From Anthoceros angustus (taxonomy: Eukaryota > Plantae > Anthocerotophyta): DNA of 64,000 nucleotides. Below, piece after piece: positions 11,748 to 22,545 of this stretch. The DNA lies in NCBI GenBank assembly GCA_010909165.1, contig VJWM01000025.1:3190997-3254996 (forward strand), written 5' to 3'. The notes beneath the pieces are model-generated. The model was given only the letters and a program-made list of their open reading frames with translations, ran no database searches and was not told the DNA's origin. Within the stretch, counting starts at the first letter, position 1; each line of letters begins with the position of its first letter. The translations under genes and the position numbers were made by a program.

Positions 11748-13739
11748 ATCGAGCAAGGCCACGGATGGTGAGGCCGCAGCATTGTTGTATACATACTAGC
11801 GATAACTTAGGAGACCGATTCCTCTGCCTGCGCTGCTGCTTCGCTCAAAAAACGAAACGAACACCACATATTTACATGTGCCCTAATGCCGTCCCGGGCT
11901 TTAAGCCTGGTACCTAATGGATACTTCCTGCCTTCCCCGCCGCCTGTCCACAAGCCTCGTGCAAGCAAACAAGAGACGTCACGTAACTGCCGGCAGCCAT
12001 GGAAGGTCGTAGTGCAGCAGTCACGTCCCGGGGATGTTCGATTGTCGTTGATTGGCGGGGAGGTGAGTTGCGAATCACGTCAGAAAGAGGAAGGAGCAGG
12101 TTTCGCCAGGGAGCGGGGGCCACGCGAGCTGGTGGCGGTTGGTTGCCGGACACCGGACGAGTAAGGCAATTTCGTTTGCCGTTTCCGACTCCGGCCCGGA
12201 AGAGTGTCCGAAATATTCTGCCCAAGTTTGTCTTTGTCGGTTGCATGGACTTGACCCACCCCGAGAAAGATCAGGTGGATCCACGCTTTCATGGCCGGGG
12301 CCGGCCTAACATCTCCACTCTCTTAACTTGTTAAGTACCAAGTCCCATGACGGAAATCCGTCCTTAGTGGACTTCAATAAAATTCTTCTTCTCCTTCTTC
12401 TTACGGATTAGGGTAGAGGTATTGGTGTATAAGTATGATTAAAAATGATATTTACAGCAGCCCAACACCCTGCATGGCGCCCAGCTGTGTGGAGCGTATA
12501 AATTGGTGGCTGGTGGCCTAGGGGTAGGAGTGTACGCTCGGTCACAATGATTTGATTAGTGTAAGCAGCACAAGTACGTTGGGCGTTTGCGCCCGTCGCC
12601 AGTCGCCCGTCCGGAGCTCGTAACAGTTTCGCCTCCCGCTCGCCATCGCAGCGAGCTGTGGCCTGTGGCTTGTGGCTTGCAAGCAGCGGGGCCGTGCGTG
12701 GTGCGTGAAGGAGTCGGTGGTGTGGGAATGTTGGAAATTCCTGGGCTCTGGAGCGCACCAGCACCGATCGAGCAGACGCGGGACTCGACGTGCACCTTGA
12801 AGGTGTCCTGGTTTTGTAGGCAAGGTGAGTCCCGATTTGACATGCAGACATATGTGTACACACACAGGGCCACGGGTTGCCGTCGGGTGGCCTTGGCTTG
12901 GATGGGGGAGGCGGGCTCCGGGCCGCCTGCACTTCAATTCCCCGCTGCCGCCAGCAACGTCCTTGTCGCGCCAGTTTTGAATCCGTTAACACTCCCGTCC
13001 TGGTGGGTCAGCGTGGCCCAGCCGGCCCGGGGGCATAAATCTGAGAGTCAGCTGCTGCCACTGGCCAGTGTTGCTTCCTTCTGCCAGGGAGCTGTACTCT
13101 ACGCTTCCGCTTGCGCTTCCGCCCGCCTTTGCTCGTTTGCTGCTCCATCCATCTTGTCTCCCGTCTGCGTGTCCGGCTTAGCATGCGCCGCTCCCCTGGT
13201 TGCGCTAGCTCTCTCCATTCCTCCATCCTGGTCTCCAGGGCTCGCGCTGTTTGCTGCTGGAGGCTGGACGGTGAGCGATTTGGGAGGAAGCTTGCTCTCC
13301 TCCCGCTGCACCTTCCCCCTTTCCCCCTCCTGCTTTTGCCCGGGGTACCGGTGGTGAGGGATTTGCTGCAAGCATGCAGCGGGGGCTGGATGCCGGCTCC
13401 AATTGCTCGTTTTGCTTGGACTGTGAGGTTTGCAAGTCTGCAGCTGGCTGTCAGTGTGTGCCTGCCTTGACGTTCTGCTTGCCTCGTCCCCCGAGGTGGT
13501 GAGGAATTCACATGCAGCGGGAGGGGGATGAGGGGGATAGCTTGCTTGCTGGTTGTGTCACATGTGCGTGGTTGCAATGCATGCAGGGCTGGCGCTTGAG
13601 ACCACGCTTTGCTTCGTGGAAGTGGTTCACTTTGCTTTGCTTGTTTCTCCTCCAGTGCCTCGTTGCTACGGGTTCTCACATGTGCCGTTCTTTGTCTGTG
13701 CGCAGTGGCCGATTCGTCCGAGGCCAAGGCGAGAATCCG

Positions 13740-15849
13740 ATGGGTGAAGTGGAATGGAAAGTTCCCAAGTCTCTCGAATTCGAGGGGCCCAACGGGGCCA
13801 AGGGAGCCAACGGATCCATAATCGACGGTCCTCTTGACGATGATGGACGTCCGCAACGCACAGGTGCATTGTTACCGCATGCTTTTTCTTTCTGCTCTTC
13901 CCTTGCTCTGCTAGCGCCTTGTTGTGACGACGTGGTGGTTTTGCTTGGAACCAGGAACTACCTGGACGGCTTCTGCGCACGTAATAACAGCAGTGATAGG
14001 CTCTGGAGTTCTGTCGCTGGCATGGAGCATAGCCCAGCTGGGATGGATTGCCGGTCCAATCATCCTCTTGTTTTTCGCTCTCGTCACCTATTTCGCGTCC
14101 GTCATGCTCACGGAGTGCTACAGGTATCCCGATCCTGTCAGCGGGGCGCGGAACTACACTTACATGGATGCCGTCAGGACCCATCTCGGTAAGAGTACAA
14201 CCTCCCTCTGCTTGCTGATCTTAAACATTACTGCCCGCCCGCAACTTGCAGTTATGGTGACCCTCCAACTGGACACAGCCGGCGTACACTTCCCGGACGG
14301 CCTCCCAGGTTTACTCCTCACCTGCACACCCTCACACACTTGTCCCGCCTCTATGTACTCGCAGGAGGGCGGGCAGTCATCTGGTGCGGGTTGGTGCAGT
14401 ATGCGAATCTACTGGGCACGTCCATTGGATACACGATCACCTCGTCCATCAGCATGGTGTAAGTGTTATATACCCTTACAGCTCTCGCTTCTCCAAGCCC
14501 AGTCACTGACATTGCTAAGCATTTCCCCTGTTTTACAGAGCCATCAAACGCTCGGGCTGCTTCCACGCGCATGGACATAACGCGCCTTGCCATGTCAGCA
14601 ACAACATTTACATGATCATTTTCGGATTGGTCCAGATTGTGTTGTCCCAAATTCCAGATTTTGGCAGTATTTGGTGGCTATCGTATCTTGCTGCGGTTAT
14701 GTCCTTCTCTTACTCGACTGTCGGACTCGGCCTTGCAGTCGACCGCGTGGTTTGTAAGTTCGCAAATCCTTTCGAGCAGTGTGCTAATTGCAAGCTGGGC
14801 ATCTTGGACAATGTGCGTTGATCATGAATCTCACTCTAGTCTGATCTCGTACACTTGCAGCGGACCATGAAGGGAAAGGAACCATCACCGTTGGACAGAA
14901 CTCGACTCATGCACAGGCCACATGGAAGATTTTCCAAGCTCTGGGAAACATCGCTTTTGCGTACTCCTTCTCCATGATTCTTATTGAGATCCAGGTCTGG
15001 CTCTGTTCGACGTCTCAGTTACATCTGCTTTCTTTTCCTTTTTGATGATCCTGCAACTGACATATGTACAAGTGCACGTGTGAACAACTCAGGACACTTT
15101 GAAGTCCAAGCCAGCTGAGAAGAAGGTGATGAAAAAGGCAACCACCATTGGCACCATAGTGACGACCGTTTTCTACATGGCTGTAGGCTTGGTTGGCTAT
15201 GCAGCCTTTGGACTGCATGCCCCTGGAAATCTTATGACTGGATTCGGTTTCTATGATCCTTACTGGTTGGTAGACTTCGCCAATGCGTGTATTGTGGTGC
15301 ACCTGGTGGGAGCGTATCAGGTAGCTCTTCACCTACTCCTCCCTTTCTGCCTTCCCAGGAATTCAACATGGTGGCAGTTCTCATATGAAGCATCAGTTGT
15401 TGACATGTTTCCTGCCATCACAGGTTTTCAGTCAGCCCCTTTTTGCATTCGTGGAGGGCAATGTCTCCAAGAAGTATCCTTTGAGCCGCTTTGTGAACAA
15501 GGAGCATTCTGTGCGCGTTCCTTGTATGGGGAAGTATTACTTCAACTACTTCCGGGTAGTTTGGAGGACGATATACGTGGTTATACTGACAGTCATCTCC
15601 ATGTTGATTCCCTTCTTCAACGACGTAATGGGAATCATCGGAGCACTGGGTTTCTGGCCCTTGACTGTTTACTTCCCTATGGAGATGTATATCGTGAAGA
15701 AAGAGATCCCTCGCTGGTCTAGCAAATGGGTCTGGTTCCAGATACTGAGCCTGTTTTGCTTGTTGGTTACCCTTGCTGCTGCTATAGGATCGGTGGAAGG
15801 CATGCTGCAAGATCTTAGGAAGTACAAGCCCTTTCATACAGGGTATTAG
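13740..15849 (+). CDS. AAP: Amino acid permease (AAAP family, AAP clade)
   Basis: 7 in-phase exons: 13740-13863, 13955-14188, 14365-14458, 14539-14753, 14861-14994, 15093-15320, 15424-15849. Signature segments DDDGRPQRTG-TWTASAHVITAVIGSGVLSLAW, AIKRSGCFH, ALGNIAFAYSFSMILIEIQDTLKS, GFYDPYWLVDFANACIVVHLVGAYQV and GFWPLTVYFP. Confidence 0.96.
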
Positions 15850-16388
15850 TGAGACCAACAGCACACCCTCAGAGAGGCTGTTACTTTACTATTAATATTA
15901 TTGTGCAGCAAACTGGTAAATCCTACAAGCAAGGTTTTGAATCTGTTTATCTTTGGAACATGGCAATGCCATCACTGAGTAAATTATATCTATTATTTGC
16001 AAGGGTTTCACCTATGAAGTGTGTATAGAAGAAGTTGCCACTTTTGCAATCAAGGGTGGTGCCTATTTTGCCCGAGTTTTAGCAGTTTCTTCTTTTCGGT
16101 TTTAGCTTTACATCTTTAACCGGCCGGGGTGTCTCGTGTCTCCCTGAACCAAAGCCGCGGGATCAAACCCTCATAACACGAGTCGTTTCCCTCGTCGTCG
16201 ACCGGCACGTAAACTCCAAGGCCAAGTTGCACTGGGTAGACTGTACGCGCAGTTAGACGATCATGCTCGCAGCCAATTTTTAGCTTCGGGAGGGAGGCGG
16301 AGCAAGGGCATTGCCAGCAGATCACCTGGCGGAAGCTGCTTCTGACGGTGAGCCTCTTGCGCAGCCGAGGTAGGAGGGTTTGTCGACA

Positions 16389-16649
16389 ATGCAACCTCCA
16401 GCGCCGCCGCGCAAGAAGGTAACATGGAAGGAGGGCACAGTGGACAACGAGATTCTGGACAGGAAGAAGTACAAGATAACTTGTGTTTTCCACAAGGAAC
16501 ATGAATTACACTGCGACAGCAGTGATGAATCAGATGATGAACAAGCAGGGGGCAGCGGTGATGGAGAACAAGCAGGGGGCACAAGGAAGAGGAGGAGGCT
16601 ACAACCTCCTTGCAGCAATCTGCACTGCTCACCTGGTACCACATCCTAA
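16389..16649 (+). CDS. Protein phosphatase 1 inhibitor-3 (INH3/Ypi1/PPP1R11)-like, divergent, intronless
   Basis: RKKVTWKEGTVDNE (RVxF-type motif plus TVDNE), then CVFHK and an acidic DSSDESDDE tract, matching inhibitor-3 architecture. First ATG at 16389, with an in-frame stop just upstream. Confidence 0.75.
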   Translation: MQPPAPPRKKVTWKEGTVDNEILDRKKYKITCVFHKEHELHCDSSDESDDEQAGGSGDGEQAGGTRKRRRLQPPCSNLHCSPGTTS

Positions 16650-16903
16650 CTGGAGCCGATAAAAACGCCGTCAAGTAAAAGATGGCCTGCCCTTAGCCAG
16701 GCAATGTTATGGCAAATCACGGCATGGACTACTTCCAACTGCTTAGTGCGGAATACATTCCTGTAGGCCCACACCAATTGATACTTCTTCAACGAGGGAA
16801 GAATAAGTAGAAATAAGGTTTTAATATCAAACAAGTGGCCGGAGAGGTGTGCCAGAGAGAAGGCACAGGAGCTTCAACATAGACAAGCGTTCCACCAACC
16901 TTG

Positions 16904-18484
16904 TCAGCTGATACTATCCAAATCGCATCTGCAAAGGATGGTGCTGGTGAAGAGCTTCTTGAAAGGCTGATGCTTGGACTTGGGTACCCGCGTGGAGCCC
17001 TTCTTCCTCCTGCGTCCTCTGCTCTTGCTTCTTCCATCAGATTGCTGCTTGTCAGTAACTTGCTTCTCCGCCAATGAGTCAGAAGCATCTGCCGGGCTTT
17101 GCTGGGAGAGAGGTTCCTCCATGCTGAAATCCTCATGTCCCGAGCTGCTGCCGCCTTTCATGGCATTACGCTTGGAGCTGTTAGATGTGGGCGAGGATAC
17201 CAAGCCCTTGGACTTCCTGATGCCAGCAAGCTCCGGTGACTCCTGTTCCCGGAGGCTCTGGTGCATGCTGGTTCCGGAAATGCTCACCTCCTTGGATATG
17301 ATAACTTCCTTGGCCAATACCACATCCTTCATCGTCACGCTCTCATAGTGTGTGCTTTCTTCCTGGACCACATACATGTGACTTTTGGACGAGACAATGC
17401 CATACTTGAGAGATATCTCCGCAAACTCTGAAGCTACCTTGAGGTTTTCGTCCGCGTACAGGTTCAGGTTGGGCAAGCAAGGTATCACAGGAGACGCGGG
17501 GTTTGAAGGCTGCTTGCTGGATGCCTTCCCCTCTGGGGGAGAATTCAATCTCGATGCCTTCCCCTCTGACACTCGTGGAGAAATGCTCGAGACGCCGGGA
17601 GAAGCATCCTCGCGCAAGCTGACATCCGCACCGGCTTCAACCGCCGGAGAATGCGTCTCTGCATCGTTCACCTCGGGACTCACTTTTCCAGATCTCTGCG
17701 GGCTGCTGCCGCGGGGCAGCATCTTCCCTGCTGCCGGGGACGCGATCTTGGCATCCTTGGGATCATCCGTGCAGACAACGCTCACAAGCCGGCCGCTCTC
17801 CTTCTCCAATGTGAAGAATCTCGTGCTTTTGCCGGAGGGAGACACCTTGATATCCCGATACTCGTCTTTCCGGAGCTCATCCAGCACCAGCGCCTCCTCC
17901 TTGGTCACAAACTGGTACGATCCGCTCATATTCCTGGCGCGCCTCCCGCTCCTCTTCCCGCCGTTCAGCGTGCCTAGGGCTCCGTCCTTGTCCGCCCCTG
18001 CTCCCTCTTCCACCATCCCTTCCTTGCTGAAAAGCTGCTTGAGCGATCCATGACTCTGCTTCATCAGCTGCAACAGGGAGCTCGAGGTCCTCCCCGCCTT
18101 GGACCTCAGAGGAGCCTGCTCGAACGGCGCAGTCCTGGCTGCGCCACAAACCTCCTCAGCAGGGCCAGCACTTCCAGAGCCAGCCGATGACAGATTTGGT
18201 CGGGACGAGCCGGAATCAGGCTCGCGCTGAGGAGATTGCGCGGAATTGTAGAGCGGATTGCTCACCAGCTGCGGGCCTGCTGCTGCAGCATTCCCCGGCG
18301 CAGGAGCAGGTCTCCCTGCACCGAACTTGAAGCTGTCGCCGCTCCCGAAGACCTTCCCCGGCACGAAGGTGCGGTGCAGGGAGCGCTTCAACTTCTCCTT
18401 CTGGATGAGCTTCAGCAGCTGGTGCCGGAAGAGCACTTCCTCATCCGTGAGCGACCTGCCGCCGATCACCAGCCTTACCACCAT
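16904..18484 (-). CDS. Uncharacterised 526-aa Ser/Gly/Lys-rich, probably largely disordered protein (single exon)
   Basis: Uninterrupted 1581-bp ORF with good start context (AAAAATGG) in non-repetitive DNA. No domain recognised. Confidence 0.7.
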   Translation of the reverse strand: MVVRLVIGGRSLTDEEVLFRHQLLKLIQKEKLKRSLHRTFVPGKVFGSGDSFKFGAGRPAPAPGNAAAAGPQLVSNPLYNSAQSPQREPDSGSSRPNLSSAGSGSAGPAEEVCGAARTAPFEQAPLRSKAGRTSSSLLQLMKQSHGSLKQLFSKEGMVEEGAGADKDGALGTLNGGKRSGRRARNMSGSYQFVTKEEALVLDELRKDEYRDIKVSPSGKSTRFFTLEKESGRLVSVVCTDDPKDAKIASPAAGKMLPRGSSPQRSGKVSPEVNDAETHSPAVEAGADVSLREDASPGVSSISPRVSEGKASRLNSPPEGKASSKQPSNPASPVIPCLPNLNLYADENLKVASEFAEISLKYGIVSSKSHMYVVQEESTHYESVTMKDVVLAKEVIISKEVSISGTSMHQSLREQESPELAGIRKSKGLVSSPTSNSSKRNAMKGGSSSGHEDFSMEEPLSQQSPADASDSLAEKQVTDKQQSDGRSKSRGRRRKKGSTRVPKSKHQPFKKLFTSTILCRCDLDSIS

Positions 18485-19380
18485 TTTTGCGGCTGCAATC
18501 TCCGCTCACACCAAATGCTTATCCATCCAGACCGCCTGCTGCTGCTGGAGGCAGAGCCGACGGAGACACACAAATATGAGCATTGGGAGCCTAGAGCTCC
18601 TCTCAACCGGTTGGGTGCGCCCAATTTCTAAATCCATGGCATTGCGGAGGGCCGGCTGAGCACTGAGCAATCGGCGGGCGGCAACGCAATTACGCGAAGC
18701 GTGGGCCTGATGGTGCGACCCGTTGCAGCGTGTGCGAGGAATCTTTGTGCTCATCGCTCCCGAGAGTCGAGACAGGTGGAGCCACGAGCATTTACGAGGT
18801 TTTTCGCGCCACCTCTAACGCTCCGCCGTGACCCAATCACACGAATGATCTACGACTGTGTTGCTGCTATTTTATTTTAATGTTTTTCTTTTTTCCACGT
18901 CCTTTCAGAGCTTATAGCGACCGGCTTCCATGTTTGAGCACCCCTTAGTCCTGCGTCTTTTTTTTTTTTGGCGAACCGTCTTTCCACACAGCCGTCAGCA
19001 TACCTAGTGGGCCGGCTTGAAATTAGTTAATAATTATAGTGTGTTAGTTCAGTATATATGAAGATTTTTATTAAAATTATATGTATATCTCATACCAATG
19101 TATCTTGTCAAGCTCCATTTTCAAGGTCAAGGATTGGTTTCTCGGTATTCCTACATATTTAGTAGTTTGTACCTATATAGTTTTACATTGAAGCTTTACT
19201 TCCTCAAGCTTTGATTTATTATCATTTGATCATGTATATATATATATCATAATTATATCATTGGTTTGTCGTATGTTTTTGGTTTATATTTGGTACTTAA
19301 ATATGTAAAGTATATATGAACTTGATACATATGTGGGCATATAGAAAAATAAGGTCTTAATTACCTTCGTGCCCAGACAT

Positions 19381-19525
19381 CTCCTAGACAGTGGAGCAAC
19401 CGAGCACATGTCTTCTAGGAGGGATTGGTACTTCCTTGCTCGCTCTACAACCTATCTACATGGGAGATAGTTCTCTACATGTGGACGTTGGTGAAGGAGT
19501 GGTAATGGTGCAACTCCAAAATCAT
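19381..19525 (+). mobile_element. Ty1/copia aspartic protease fragment
   Basis: LLDSGATEHMSSRRDWY, followed after a frameshift by YMGDSSLHVDVGEGVV. Confidence 0.75.
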
Positions 19526-19599
19526 GTTGCCTTCATGAAGGCAACATGATTGCACTAACTCATACTTATTTTCAGGGTTGGGTAGGTTTTATTCATGTT

Positions 19600-20900
19600 A
19601 TTGTGTTTTTCAGACTCACGGTGTTCCCCTGAGTAAGTGTTACTTTTGCCACAACCCGCGTAGGTGAACCTTTGATGGTGAGTACATAGCCAGTTGAGGT
19701 AAATAGCAAATCACAACAATGCAGTAGCATTAATTGACTAACTGAATTAAGTGCTTGGCCATTGCAAGTACATACAGCACATGGAGTTTAAGCAAAGTAT
19801 TATCAATCGGTTGGAATGAACACGTACCAGTACGAAGGAGAAATTAAGTGCTTGGCCATTGCAAGTACATACAGCACATGGTCGAGTTTAAGCAAAGTAT
19901 TATCAACCAGTTGGAATGAACACGTACCAGTACCAAGGATCATCAAACCAGTGTGAGAATGCTCATCACCTAACACACTCTTTCAGAATGGCCAAGCACA
20001 TACAGCACATGGTCGAGTTTAAGCAAAATATTATCAACCAGCTGGAATGAACACGTACCAGTACCGAGGATCATCAAACCAGTGTGAGAATGCTCATCAC
20101 CTAACGCACTCTTTCAGCTGTACTTGAAGGTATGAAGTTACTCATCAATGATTTGTCCTTGCAAATGTGGGATGTGGCTCCGGCATCCACGTACCAACTA
20201 TCAGGAGCATGTGAGGAGGTGGAGAGACACACCGTCATAATCATGAGTTGCTTGCTGGAAACATCGGCATGTTGAGGCCGTTTCTTGGTGACGGAGTTAA
20301 CATCAACATGCTTGGAGGTCTTCTCGGCTTTCCTCGGCTCACCAGATTTCTTTTTTCGGCATTCCCTTTCCCAATGCCCTTGCAGCCCACACCAGTTGCA
20401 AGTGCTAGATCTTTTGGTCTGTCCTGGTTTGGAAAGACCACTACCAGGGGAGTTTCTATTCCCATTCTACGATTTGCCTTTTGATGTATAGAGAGAGTAC
20501 TTTATCTGTCTTAGTGCATCATGATCCATGATTGGATGAACTGGCATGACTTTTCTCCTCTTGAAATAAAGCACCAACAACATTTGTAAATCTAATAGTG
20601 GTTGGTTTACCTGCAGCTACAGCATTACCAGCATCCCGGAGGGTGGCTCCATAGCTGGAGACAAAAGGCTAGAAACTAGAAGGCAGGCTAGTTAGGAGTT
20701 GAGCAACAGCATCCAATTCACTCATGGTGGACCCTAAGGAGATGAGTTGTGCACGGTCACGGACCGCCAAGGAAAGTCGCAGCCCTTCTCGCCACAAGAT
20801 CCAGGGAGAAGAGTTCCTGACAGACATAGAGTGAGAATGTTCTTCACCTCGTTTGTCTACGCAAGTTGTGTCCATATCTCCTCCGCTTTATTCAGGTAAG
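19600..20900 (-). mobile_element. Ty1/copia gag-protease remnant
   Basis: Minus strand: gag-like AEEIWTQL and QLISLGSTMSELDAVAQLLTSLPSSF; zinc knuckle CNWCGLQGHWEREC (~20357-20400); protease WYVDAGATSHIC (~20161-20196); LDHVLYV segment repeated three times (19744-20117). Confidence 0.85.
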
Positions 20901-20951
20901 TGTCATGCCGTGTGATACTAATCTCTGCACTTGGGTTTAGTGTTTGATTGG

Positions 20952-21250
20952 CATTAATTAATCTAACTACTTATCTTTAAGTAAGTAATTAGTGTTATTT
21001 AATCTAACTACATATCTTTTACTAAGTAATTAGTGTTAATTAATCTAATTACTTATCTTTAAGTAAGTAATTAATGTTAATTAATCTAATTACTTATCTT
21101 TAAGTAAGTAATTAATTTTAATTAATCTAATTACTTATCTTTAAGTAAGTAATTAGTGTTAATTAATCTAAGATGCTTATGTTAATTAAGCATTGATTAG
21201 TGTTAATTAATCTAAGATGCTTAATTAAGCATTAGCATGTTAATTAAACA
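20952..21250. repeat. 41-bp AT-rich dyad satellite block (first of eight)
   Basis: Monomer GTTAATTAATCTAATTACTTATCTTTAAGTAAGTAATTAGT. Other blocks at ~26760-27020, 30690-31070, 40440-40780, 44260-44620, 48875-49120, 52795-53050 and 56675-57050. Confidence 0.95.
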
Positions 21251-22194
21251 TGGTTAGCAATAGCTAAGTGGATAAGCTCAAGTAATATGCTTTGGCATAT
21301 TCCTTGCATATATAGTGTATTCTTACCATACAATAGCTAAGTGGATAAGCTCAAGTAATATGCTTTGCATATTCCTCGATATAGTGTATTCTTAGGATAT
21401 TTCTTGCATGCCGATGCCAATATGATATCTTAAGAATACGTCACGTGGTCTAGTATATAGACCCTTCCATCGAGGACAATGGATCAAACATTGTCCTCCA
21501 GAGCAATGCAACGAACAGAGGCCAGTGGGAGCGACTGAGGAAGTGTGAATTGTGTGTTGGTTTGCCACGACGTGCAAGCTACTCCCTCCGTCATAAGCCT
21601 GATGACACAGACGTAGATAGGCCGTGCTAGGCTTTGTGATGCTAGGCGATGCTAGGCCGCGAATAGAGAGGAGGCAAAGAAGCCCAAGTTCAAGGCCAAG
21701 AGGAGGCTAAAAAGCCCAAGTCCAAGGCCAAGGAGGAATGAGGCCTCCACAAGGAGGGATGGCCTTTAAGGCTAACCAACCAAGGGAGAAACAAGAGTAT
21801 TTTACTCTTGGATCAAATGGATAAGGTAAAGTGGATAGGCTTGGGTATGTTATCGGCATTGATTTCACTCTCGTCCAAAACTCTCATTAGCTAGCACCCC
21901 ATCCTAATCGATCCATCTCATGGGTGCTTAACTTTGGAGTTCTTATGTCCTTGCTATCTAACTCACCGGCTTTAAGGCCAACCAACCAAGGGAGAAACAA
22001 GAGTATTTTACTCTTGGGCCCTGGATTCCAAGGATAAGGGTAAAGTGGATAGGCATGGGTTATCGTAACCAACCAAGGGAGAAACAAGAGTATTTTACTC
22101 TTGGCCCCGATTCCAAGGATAAGGGTAAAGTGGATAGCATGGGTATGTTATCGCAGTTGATTTCACTTTCTCATTCAAAACTCATTAGCTAGCA

Positions 22195-22243
22195 CCCCAT
22201 CCGGGTACTAATCCATCTCACGGGTGCTTAACTATGGAGTTCT
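22195..22243 (-). promoter_or_regulatory. 5S rRNA-like internal control region (A box AGTTAAGC, C box GGATGGG)
   Basis: Minus strand AGAACTCCATAGTTAAGCACCCGTGAGATGGATTAGTACCCGGATGGG aligns without gaps to the central part of plant 5S rRNA (35/48 by eye against the consensus as recalled). Related copies at ~21897-21943, 45200-45248 and 45511-45559. Confidence 0.6.
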
Positions 22244-22284
22244 TGTGTCCTTGCTATCTAACTCACCCATCTAACTCGCATGTC

Positions 22285-22545
22285 GAGCTTGTCAGCTTTA
22301 ATGATAGGAGATTCATAGCGGGTAAGCTTAACTCCCACAGCTCCTAGAGTAGAAGTAGGATGGGCCTGTGCCATGTCAAACTTGTAAAAATCTTAGCAAT
22401 ATATTTATGTTGATGAATAATTAGCAGACCTTCATATCTGACTCGTAAGATCTGGATGCTTAGACAGAATTGCACGTCCCCACTATTTGTCATCTCAAAA
22501 GGCTGACGTAACATACCCTTCACATGATATCGATATGAAGCGCTC
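22285..22545 (-). mobile_element. Ty1/copia reverse transcriptase fragment embedded in a satellite unit
   Basis: VKGMLRQPFEMTNSGDVQFCLSIQILRVRYEGLLIIHQHKYIAKI matches the copia RT pattern K..L...FEM.DLG...LGI.I.R...L.Q..YI. Second copy at ~45595-45860. Confidence 0.75.

Noticed and set aside
12408-13739. ORFs of 190-280 aa upstream of and antisense to AAP
   Set aside because: GC-rich promoter/5' UTR-like sequence open in several frames, with no protein-family signal.
16974-18659. Plus-strand ORFs overlapping the 526-aa gene
   Set aside because: Antisense shadows expected from a GC-rich coding strand.
21580-21593. TA-CTCCCTCCGT Stowaway-like terminus
   Set aside because: No matching inverted partner was found nearby; likely chance.
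22177-22290. A genuine 5S rRNA gene
   Set aside because: Only the ~48-nt internal control region resembles 5S; the 5' and 3' stems of 5S are absent.
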